NCBI GenBank assembly: GCA_963718575.1
Contig: OY970358.1
Location: forward strand, 98,723-162,722
Reading direction: 5' to 3'
Source: an uncultured bacterium
GTDB taxonomy: Bacteria > Patescibacteriota > Minisyncoccia > UBA6257 > 2-01-FULL-56-20
DNA length: 64,000 nucleotides
The notes under the pieces were generated by a model, which was not told the origin of the DNA, searched no databases, and was given only the letters and a program-made list of their open reading frames with translations. Shown piece by piece: positions 10,324 to 17,940 of the stretch (position 1 is its first letter; every line of letters starts with the position of its first letter). The position numbers and the translations under genes are program-made.

Positions 10324-10366
10324 ACGACACTGTTTTTTTGATATGCGACCTTTCACAACAATCAAT

Positions 10367-10391
10367 GCCGCAATGGCGGGGCAAGTCCAGC
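10367..10391. repeat. Copy 2 of GCCGCAA(Y)GGC-Nx-AAG(T)CCAGC motif
   Basis: GCCGCAATGGCGGGGCAAGTCCAGC. Confidence 0.6.
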
Positions 10392-10484
10392 GCCAAAAAG
10401 CATTGTCAAAACGGCCCAAAGCGTGATACCTTTGTAAGTAATTGAATATAAGATTGATCGCCTAAACCGCGCCTTCGCGTGGCA

Positions 10485-10633
10485 TGGCATTACGCAGAAT
10501 CTCCCTTCCAGATACCAAACGCCACGTTTGGCGACTTCTGGAAGGGAGTCACTCCGAAAGGAGTGGGGCCGCAAGGCCTAAGCCAGCGTGGCGTTTTGTG
10601 TTCTGCAAAACCCACGCCATCATTCCAATGGCG
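10485..10633 (+). ncRNA. Candidate structured RNA (or ssDNA) element: multibranch fold with GNRA tetraloops and possible pseudoknot; family not recognised
   Basis: 12-bp stem 10501-12/10537-48 with inner 7-bp stem; CACTCC-GAAA-GGAGTG; GGCC-GCAA-GGCC; closing stem 10485-92/10579-85; 3' hairpin 10586-10617; GCAGAA(10494-99)/TTCTGC(10601-06). Confidence 0.6.
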
Positions 10634-11539
10634 ATATATTCCATAGAAAACCATGCAGCAAAAAAAATCCCGGCCGTGAAGGTCGGGCTTGAGAAGGACG
10701 TGCAGAAAATATTCGAGAAAAACCTCGAGGAGATTTTAGACATCACATTCCTCGCGTCCGAATATCGGACGAGCTTCGGCGGCCGGATGGACACGCTCGG
10801 CATCGATCACAACGGCTCCCCAGTCATCATCGAATACAAACGCGGTCAGAACGATAGCGTCATCAACCAAGGCCTCTCGTATCTCCGATGGCTTTTAGAT
10901 CATAAGGCTGACTTCGAGGCGCTCACGCATCGTGCCAATATTGCGACCGCCATCGATTGGGCATCGCCGCGCGTGATCTGCGTTGCCGAGAGCTACAACA
11001 AATTCGATCTCGACACGGCCGATCTTCTGCCGATGGATATTGAGCTACTCCGTTACCGGATATATGAAAATAATATCCTCCTTGTTGAACCCGAGGTGCA
11101 ACGCAAGGTGAAAATATCAACGTCGGATATTTTCGAGAAGGCGGAGAAGCCTAAGGGCGAGTTCAGGGAAAAAATCCGACACAGCGTCGATGATCATCTG
11201 AAAACAGCGAGCCCGCAGACCCGTGAGCTTTTCGCCGCCGTCAGAGAAAAGATAACCGCCCTCGATGAATCCATTATCGAGGAATCAAAGGCAAAATACA
11301 TTGCCTATAAGCTGACGACGAACTTCGTGGACATCGTCGTCTACAAGGACTCGCTCAAGCTATTTTTGAATGTGCCGAGCGGCACGCTGATCGATTCCTC
11401 CGTGATCGCCCGAGATCTCACGAAGCCCAAGGCGATCGGCCACTGGGGCAACGGCGACTATGAAGTGAAGCTCGAACGCAACGAAGATATGGATGCCGTA
11501 ATGGGTTTGATTAAGCAGAGCTACGAATATAACAAATAA
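10628..11539 (+). CDS. NucS-like PD-(D/E)xK nuclease with DUF5655-type C-terminal domain
   Basis: ASEY...GRMDTLGID...VIIEYKR nuclease motif; C-terminal YIAYK...GHWGNGDYEV; likely start ATG 10628. Confidence 0.8.
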   Translation: MAIYSIENHAAKKIPAVKVGLEKDVQKIFEKNLEEILDITFLASEYRTSFGGRMDTLGIDHNGSPVIIEYKRGQNDSVINQGLSYLRWLLDHKADFEALTHRANIATAIDWASPRVICVAESYNKFDLDTADLLPMDIELLRYRIYENNILLVEPEVQRKVKISTSDIFEKAEKPKGEFREKIRHSVDDHLKTASPQTRELFAAVREKITALDESIIEESKAKYIAYKLTTNFVDIVVYKDSLKLFLNVPSGTLIDSSVIARDLTKPKAIGHWGNGDYEVKLERNEDMDAVMGLIKQSYEYNK

Positions 11540-11550
11540 GTTTTTCGAGC

Positions 11551-12975
11551 ATGGCGAAAACCCGATCGGCCACGACGCAGGAAAATATCGCAGTTCGCTA
11601 CTGTCTCTATGCCCGTAAGTCGATGGAAGACGAGGAACGCCAAGCGCTTTCCATAGATTCGCAGCTTAACGAGATGCGGAAAATAGCGGAACGTGACGGT
11701 CTTATGGTTGCCATTGAAAAAATCGAATCGCATTCGGCCAAGGATTCCGGAACGCGTAAGGTGTTCAACCAGATGATCGGCGAGATCAAGGAAGGAAAGT
11801 ACAACGCGATCCTCACATGGAATCCCGACCGCTTGAGCCGTAACGCGGGAGACCTGGGTAAGCTCGTCGATCTCATGGATCAGCAACGGCTCTTCGAGAT
11901 TCGGACGTTCAACCAAAAATTCTCGAACACCCCTAACGAAAAGTTTCTGCTGATGATTTTGTGCAGTCAGGCGAAACTGGAAAACGACAACAAGCGCGAC
12001 AACGTCCAACGCGGCCTCCGGGCGCGGGCGCAAATGGGACTCTTCCCGACCTCGACTCCGATCGGCTATCTCACGTCGAACGACCGGAACCGGCCCTGCG
12101 AAAAGGACATCGATCCCGTGCGCGCGCCCGTCGTGAGGGAAATGTTCGAGAAGGTCGCCTACGAGCGTTACTCGTGCCATGACGTGCTCCGGTGGCTCGA
12201 GAAAATAAATTTCCGTTCGCCGAACAACAAGCTGGTGAGCCTGAGCACCGTGCAGAACATCCTGCGACGCACCTTTTATTACGGCCAGTACGAGTATCCG
12301 AGAGGCAGCGGAACGTGGTATCAAGGCATTCATACACCGATCGTCACGAAGGAATTGTTCGAACGCGCGCAGGAACAAATGGAACATTACAATCACGGCC
12401 ACGCGAAGGGGCGTAAGTCGACTCCGGAGTCGTTCGCCTTCCTCCGGCTCATCCGTTGCGGCAACTGCGGCGCGGGCATCACGGGTTCCGATACGTACAA
12501 GCATTTGAAAAACGGTAAGGTGCTCTTCTACCGCTATTACGCCTGCACGCAAGGCAAGAGCCGTTGGTGCCGGGAGCCCAGCATTAACGAAGTTGATCTC
12601 ATAGCGCAGCTTCTCGAAATGTTCGACCAGCTCGACATCGATCTCATAGGGACGAGGGCCCAGCTCGAGGCGGAGATCGAGAAATGGTACCGCATCGACG
12701 CCTTTGTGAGCGGCCAGCCCGTTCCGGAGCGGTCGCGGGAACGGAAGGAAATGGATTTGCGCGGATACGCGAAGGCGATATTCGAGGACGGGAGCGTCGA
12801 AGAACGAAGGGCGATGCTCCAGCATCTTAAGAGCCGCCTCATCCTCAAGGACAAGCACGTTTATCTCGACACCCTTCCGGCGGAAATAGCGGCAAAGGTT
12901 CCGCAGCCGCCCGAAGACGTGGAGAAAGATCCTCGGCTTGTGATCCGGCGCGGGCGGCGATTGCCGAAGGCATAA
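11551..12975 (+). CDS. Large serine recombinase (LSR2), paralog of LSR1
   Basis: YCLYARKS, DRLSRNAGDLG, NEKFLLMILCSQAKLEND shared with LSR1; Zn ribbon CGNCG...YYAC...C. Confidence 0.92.
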   Translation: MAKTRSATTQENIAVRYCLYARKSMEDEERQALSIDSQLNEMRKIAERDGLMVAIEKIESHSAKDSGTRKVFNQMIGEIKEGKYNAILTWNPDRLSRNAGDLGKLVDLMDQQRLFEIRTFNQKFSNTPNEKFLLMILCSQAKLENDNKRDNVQRGLRARAQMGLFPTSTPIGYLTSNDRNRPCEKDIDPVRAPVVREMFEKVAYERYSCHDVLRWLEKINFRSPNNKLVSLSTVQNILRRTFYYGQYEYPRGSGTWYQGIHTPIVTKELFERAQEQMEHYNHGHAKGRKSTPESFAFLRLIRCGNCGAGITGSDTYKHLKNGKVLFYRYYACTQGKSRWCREPSINEVDLIAQLLEMFDQLDIDLIGTRAQLEAEIEKWYRIDAFVSGQPVPERSRERKEMDLRGYAKAIFEDGSVEERRAMLQHLKSRLILKDKHVYLDTLPAEIAAKVPQPPEDVEKDPRLVIRRGRRLPKA

Positions 12976-12983
12976 ACAAGATC

Positions 12984-13658
12984 ATGGTATCCGACGAACG
13001 CATAAAAGAATTTAAGGTGATCCTCGAAAAAGAACGGGGCCTGGAGGTGACGTGGGAAGAAGCTGAGAAAGGCGCTTACCAGCTTGATGCACTCGCCAAC
13101 TTTATGTTCGACACGTGGCTCGAGGACGAGCGAAGAAAAAAGAAGCTGAAAGAATCCCCGAAAGGATTCTGCCTTGATGGTGTCGGCTATAGCTGCTTCA
13201 TCTGCGGCGACGGAACACCAAAAGATGGTAATTGGTACGACAAGTACGGCATCAAGTGCCTCGTCTGCCAGAAAGCCATCGACAAGAAAATAATTCCCGC
13301 GATGGCGGCAAAGCATCGGGACAGCTGGTATTCAAAATATGATTTGGAAAGCCGTTTCAACATCAAGTACCACGCGTTGAACCGTTTTATGAAGATGGGC
13401 GTCCTGAAGCCACGCATCGTTCCCGACGAGTCCGGCAGACCCCACTGCTATCTCTTTCTTATTAAAGATCAGAAAGACATACTGCCGCCGAAAAAACTGA
13501 CCGAATCAAAAATGGTGAGAGAAGTTAAGGACGGGAAAGAATATTTCCGTTCGTTGCCGTGGTACCGCTTCGTTGATCCATGGGAAGCGCTTAAAGGTTA
13601 TAAGATTATGGACCACATGCGTCCTAAACAGGAAGCCGAGATCGCTACCACTCCTTGA
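12984..13658 (+). CDS. Hypothetical protein with CxxC/CxxC Zn finger and MerR/Xis-like wHTH
   Basis: CFIC...CLVC; WYSKYDLESRFNIKYHALNRFMKMGVLKP resembles an excisionase-type HTH; 8 nt after LSR2. Confidence 0.7.
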   Translation: MVSDERIKEFKVILEKERGLEVTWEEAEKGAYQLDALANFMFDTWLEDERRKKKLKESPKGFCLDGVGYSCFICGDGTPKDGNWYDKYGIKCLVCQKAIDKKIIPAMAAKHRDSWYSKYDLESRFNIKYHALNRFMKMGVLKPRIVPDESGRPHCYLFLIKDQKDILPPKKLTESKMVREVKDGKEYFRSLPWYRFVDPWEALKGYKIMDHMRPKQEAEIATTP

Positions 13659-14112
13659 CGACGATCTCGCCTTTTTCGTAAGACACCCAAACCATCTTTG
13701 ATCCTTTTGGTTCAACATCTTTCAACGCCTCCGGAAGTTTTTCCAGCATTGTTTTAGTGTCGGATTCGTCCATTGGCAAGACGACGGTGACCTTCTCATA
13801 TTTTATGATGCGCTCGATTCTGGCATCCGGCTTTTTCTTTTTCAAATAATCCCAAAGCTTCGTTAGAGATTTTGTAAATGCTCCCCATAAAAGACCGTCG
13901 CGCAACCATCCCCAGAGACTGAAATCCGTGAAGATTAGTTTTATAACCTCGTATACTTCCGGCAGGCCGCTTTTTTCTATATATTGAAAAACTTCGGCGT
14001 CGAATTCCTGGTCATGAAAGATCTGGGCAACCTCTTCGCGCTCTTCGTCGGTAAGGCCCTTAATACTGATCTCTATTCGATTATTTTTTGGGACGGAATC
14101 CATTTCACTCAT
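13645..14112 (-). CDS. Hypothetical protein (acidic, central amphipathic helix)
   Basis: ATG at 14112 overlaps the TGA of the upstream gene (ATGA coupling). Confidence 0.65.
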   Translation of the reverse strand: MSEMDSVPKNNRIEISIKGLTDEEREEVAQIFHDQEFDAEVFQYIEKSGLPEVYEVIKLIFTDFSLWGWLRDGLLWGAFTKSLTKLWDYLKKKKPDARIERIIKYEKVTVVLPMDESDTKTMLEKLPEALKDVEPKGSKMVWVSYEKGEIVVKEW

Positions 14113-15566
14113 TTTATTTCTTTTTCTAAATTCTCCAAAATCCGCACCATTGCCATCGTATCGAGACCACAATACGTAAGCATGTCGCTTTTGATTTTCT
14201 CTCTCTCGGCCAGAGGCGTTTTTGAATCAATAAGTCGCGGCCAAGTCACCGAAGCGGTTCCACCTTCCTGAATGGCAAGTTCCTTGTAGGACAGCTCGGG
14301 CACCATGACCGGGAGAACGGCCTTGATGGACGCGCTGCCGTGAAATCCCGCATCAACATATAACTTCTTCTTGAATATGACCATGAGATCATAAACGCGG
14401 CCGTTCACCGCGTCCATGAACTCCGCATATTCGGGATAGTATTGCCCTATCTCCTTATTCCTCGGCACCTCAAATGAGGCGTACCACACGATGACGGTCC
14501 CCTTCGTGCCGATATCTTTTTCGAGCTGCGCGACCATCGCCGGTATGGGATTTTCGTCCTTCTCTGCCAGAAATTCTTTTTGCTCGACTTTGGCATCAGG
14601 CGCTTTCTTCATATGCAGCGAATATTGAAACACAATCTTCTGCCACGGGCGCGTGCCGTCGAAGGGCGGTATGGGCGATGCGAACGTCTCATAGTCCAAG
14701 AAATAGATCGGGTACACGAGCGTCGCAAGCTCTTTCTTTATCACCGCAGCGTCCACTGTTTTTGCTACGGGTTTGTATCCGAGACCCCGGAGAAAGACCG
14801 GAGAGAACGAATTACCATCGAGTACTCCTTTCTGCAACAAGCTGAGGACGAATGCTGTCGGCCAATTCTTAACGTCTAGCTTTTTTGTTGGAGCTTGAGA
14901 AAGATAGGTCTCCAAATACTCGCACGAGCCGGTCTTTGAATTGCAAGAAAGGATGACGCGATTCTCTGGGTAATCTTTGATGGCGAGGATAACACGTGCG
15001 TCGGCTATACCTTCTTTGACCTCGGGTATCAGTTCACGTGCCTCTTCTGTGACGTCTTCGGTAATAAAAAGCTTTGCGAGTTCGATGTCCCCCTTTCGGA
15101 CATATTCGTTGTTCACGTGGATCAAATATGTCTTCCCCACTTTGATGCCTGCTTCTTCAAAACAAATGAGCTGGAACGCGACGTCGTGGAGATCTTCCGG
15201 CCGAACTTTGGTTGCACTCTTCACTTCGCGAATGTCGTAGACATCTGCCGTTGGGTCATAAGTCACGATGTCCGCGCGGCACGTAAGGCCGCTCTTCGTA
15301 ATGACGGTCGGCTGGAAAATAACCTTGGTCTTTTTGTCGAAGAGTTCCTTACTCTTGCGCCAACCCTCTTCGCCAAACTCAAAAGGCTCTACGCCATCTT
15401 TGAAGAGCTTCTTCGCGAGCGCATCCACCTTTTCGCCTTCCTGTTCATGAAAGAGTCCTGACGCCGAATGAGGCGGCATAAGATGTTTGCCCTTTCGTTC
15501 CATCCAAAGATAGCAGCCGCATTCCAGATAATTCTTATAATCGGTTTTGGTGAATAGTTCGGCCAT
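14109..15566 (-). CDS. DUF2779-type protein: RecB/Cas4-like nuclease plus RNase H-like exonuclease domain
   Basis: RADIV...IREVKSAT (PD-D/ExK), DVAFQ, FLDYET, FQYSLH, SIKAVLP, YCGLDT. Confidence 0.8.
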   Translation of the reverse strand: MAELFTKTDYKNYLECGCYLWMERKGKHLMPPHSASGLFHEQEGEKVDALAKKLFKDGVEPFEFGEEGWRKSKELFDKKTKVIFQPTVITKSGLTCRADIVTYDPTADVYDIREVKSATKVRPEDLHDVAFQLICFEEAGIKVGKTYLIHVNNEYVRKGDIELAKLFITEDVTEEARELIPEVKEGIADARVILAIKDYPENRVILSCNSKTGSCEYLETYLSQAPTKKLDVKNWPTAFVLSLLQKGVLDGNSFSPVFLRGLGYKPVAKTVDAAVIKKELATLVYPIYFLDYETFASPIPPFDGTRPWQKIVFQYSLHMKKAPDAKVEQKEFLAEKDENPIPAMVAQLEKDIGTKGTVIVWYASFEVPRNKEIGQYYPEYAEFMDAVNGRVYDLMVIFKKKLYVDAGFHGSASIKAVLPVMVPELSYKELAIQEGGTASVTWPRLIDSKTPLAEREKIKSDMLTYCGLDTMAMVRILENLEKEIK

Positions 15567-15567
15567 T

Positions 15568-15792
15568 TCAATTAAAATTCTTCATTAATGTCGCTACTTT
15601 TTCACCTGCGTATTTCAAAATTTCCGGCGCACACTCCTTACAATAATTTTTCGATCCGAGACTATTCCTTTCGCGAATTAATAGGTGCGATTCTCCGGCC
15701 TGTATCTTGTGCTTTTTGGTCCTATGACACTTCCGCGACTTAATTGCCGTATCAATAGAAACATGAACGAGGATGTCCCTAGTTTGCGCCAT
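15568..15792 (-). CDS. Small basic Zn-finger protein (PARP-ZnF-like)
   Basis: TAIKSRKCHRTKKHKIQAGE...NYCKECA; overlaps helicase stop. Confidence 0.65.
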   Translation of the reverse strand: MAQTRDILVHVSIDTAIKSRKCHRTKKHKIQAGESHLLIRERNSLGSKNYCKECAPEILKYAGEKVATLMKNFN

Positions 15793-17860
15793 GTTGTTTC
15801 TTTTGGGCTTCTTCGATGCGACTCTTTATTTCATCGCCAACTGCGTCGAGCTCCTCCATACCCGTCTCCGCCTGGGTTGCGGACAATGTGCTGCGTTTTT
15901 TCTTTTCTATTCCCGCTTTCCGGTTCACGCCAGACTGCACCATGCGGATTGCCGCAACAAGGTTCGCAGCGCCTCCGGCTTCCTGTGGGAGCAAGCGGCT
16001 CAGCTCAAAACCGCCTACTGATAAATTAAGATCTTTAAGAATCCGCGCGGCAACCGACTTCGGTCGATCGGCAAGCCGCTTGCGGGCCCCAATCCTCCGT
16101 TTTTGAGGCGATACGGGTATTATCTGCGGCGTGGCATCCAGTACTTCTTTTTGAGCTTCTTTCAATTTCGCCCTCAATTCGTCGCGCGTGAAAAATTTTC
16201 TGAACGGAACGCCCGCACCCGGCACAACGATATCCAAAATCTTGTCGATGATGCGATCGTCATTTGGATCAAGAAACGACTGTTTTACAAAATTGCTTAT
16301 GATCTCGTCGTGGACCATCATGTCTTTGTCGAAGCGGCGCGGTCGCCCGCCGCCACCACTGCCATCACCATCATCATCCTTGGTTGGTTGCTCTTCAAGC
16401 CATCGCCGAAACACCTCTTGGTCTTCAAGGTCGAATTCTCGGAAGTCACGCCAATTTCCATCATTATTGAGGCCGACGTGAGAAACCACATATCCGTGGT
16501 TCGCCGGATTGCTCGGATCGTCCTGAAACATGACCCGCATGATGCGTCCCACGAACTGGACATATGGGGAAAGGCTGCGGAACGGCCGGAAGATCGCCGC
16601 CACGCTGAGTGGCGGATGATCAAACCCCTCACCGAGCATCTGGACTTGCACGATACAGTCTATTTTTCCATCCTCCAGCTCCTGGAGAACTTTCTCCTGC
16701 TTGGTCGCATCCATCTCGCTATATATCTCGCGTGCGCTGACGTTCCGCTGTTCATAAAGCGTCCGGATCTGACGGGCGTGGTCGATGGAACAGGCCGCTG
16801 CGATGATCTGCTGTTTTTGCCCGGTCTTCGCTCGTAGCTCTCTCATGCGCTGGATGCTCGCGTCAACGATGTGGGCGTTACACTCGGGAGCAAGAGCAAC
16901 GCCATGACGAAACCATGATTCTTCTCGCAACTCCATAACTTCTTCCAAGGTGTGCCGCTTTGTGTCTCCTCTATAGGTGAAATAAATTTCCGAAGGCGCG
17001 ACATTGATCGAATGTATCTGCTTAATATACCCCGCAAGCATCGCTTTCGAATATGGGAAGCGGTACACGACTTCGCCGGTAACGCGCTGACCGTCGCTTC
17101 TGAACGGGGTTGCCGTCAAACTGGCAACTTTCGCCTCAGGGAATCGCTCAAAAACCTTCTTCCAACTTTCGGCCACATTGTGATGCCCTTCATCAACAAG
17201 AATCATGTCGAAGAAATTGGGAGGGAACTGCGGTAACCATCTGTCGGCAGAGCTCGCGAGCTGCTGGATATTCGTAACCACATACTGGCTTTCCGTGCAG
17301 TCATGTATGTTCGCATTCGGGCCATCGAGCAGCGCGACGAAGGGTCCATCGGCGAACGAAGAAAGAACTTTTGTTTTGCCAAGGAAGAATTTGGGATGTC
17401 CCACTTCAAGCGCCTCGTAGATACCTTTGCGTATCGTCGTATTCGGCGCGATCACCAAAACACGTCCCTGCGAGATTCCAAAAGGTAACGTAGCGATGAT
17501 GCCAGTTTTGCCGCATCCGACCGGAATTTGAATAATGGCGGGCGCACGATGCTTTTCGAAATATTCACGTACCGCTTTATGGGCTTCCCGTTGCGGCTCG
17601 CGAAGCCGCTCATTATTTTCTATGTCGGCGATGGACTTCACAAAAATATCCCCGGGATTGATCTGCTCGGCTCGCTTATATTCGAGGCGCAACGGCTCCA
17701 AGTCGGCGCGTTTATAATAACGGTAATCATTTCCCGGATGCCGCACCGATTTGAGCTTCCCTTCAGCATCCCATCGGCGAAGGGTCTGTGCAGATATACC
17801 CAGAAACCGAGCTGCCTGCTGGATAGTGAGATATTCTTTTTCCTGTTCGTTATCAGCCAT
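15779..17860 (-). CDS. SF2 (ResIII-like) helicase with N-terminal MerR-type HTH
   Basis: YLTIQQAARFLGISAQTLRRWD HTH; PVGCGKT, VDEGHH, LTATP, MLGEGFD, QFVGRIMR. Confidence 0.9.
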   Translation of the reverse strand: MADNEQEKEYLTIQQAARFLGISAQTLRRWDAEGKLKSVRHPGNDYRYYKRADLEPLRLEYKRAEQINPGDIFVKSIADIENNERLREPQREAHKAVREYFEKHRAPAIIQIPVGCGKTGIIATLPFGISQGRVLVIAPNTTIRKGIYEALEVGHPKFFLGKTKVLSSFADGPFVALLDGPNANIHDCTESQYVVTNIQQLASSADRWLPQFPPNFFDMILVDEGHHNVAESWKKVFERFPEAKVASLTATPFRSDGQRVTGEVVYRFPYSKAMLAGYIKQIHSINVAPSEIYFTYRGDTKRHTLEEVMELREESWFRHGVALAPECNAHIVDASIQRMRELRAKTGQKQQIIAAACSIDHARQIRTLYEQRNVSAREIYSEMDATKQEKVLQELEDGKIDCIVQVQMLGEGFDHPPLSVAAIFRPFRSLSPYVQFVGRIMRVMFQDDPSNPANHGYVVSHVGLNNDGNWRDFREFDLEDQEVFRRWLEEQPTKDDDGDGSGGGGRPRRFDKDMMVHDEIISNFVKQSFLDPNDDRIIDKILDIVVPGAGVPFRKFFTRDELRAKLKEAQKEVLDATPQIIPVSPQKRRIGARKRLADRPKSVAARILKDLNLSVGGFELSRLLPQEAGGAANLVAAIRMVQSGVNRKAGIEKKKRSTLSATQAETGMEELDAVGDEIKSRIEEAQKKQHGAN

Positions 17861-17867
17861 ACCCAAG

Positions 17868-17897
17868 ATTATACATCCTTACCTAAAATCAATGCAA
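17868..17897 (-). promoter_or_regulatory. Promoter of helicase operon (leaderless)
   Basis: Minus strand TTGCAT-N18-TATAAT-N7-ATG. Confidence 0.55.
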
Positions 17898-17940
17898 TAG
17901 GCAAAATAATGTAGAAAAAACATGGCTTTTAAAGAGCATG

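Noticed and set aside
10484-10627. N-terminal extension of the 351-aa ORF
   Set aside because: Not nuclease-like and coincides with the stem-loop element; ATG 10628 fits better
11521-12858. 445-aa antisense ORF
   Set aside because: Shadow of LSR2 on the opposite strand, no motifs
14109-15566. CRISPR-Cas association of the Cas4-like domain
   Set aside because: No repeat-spacer array or other cas genes seen in the window
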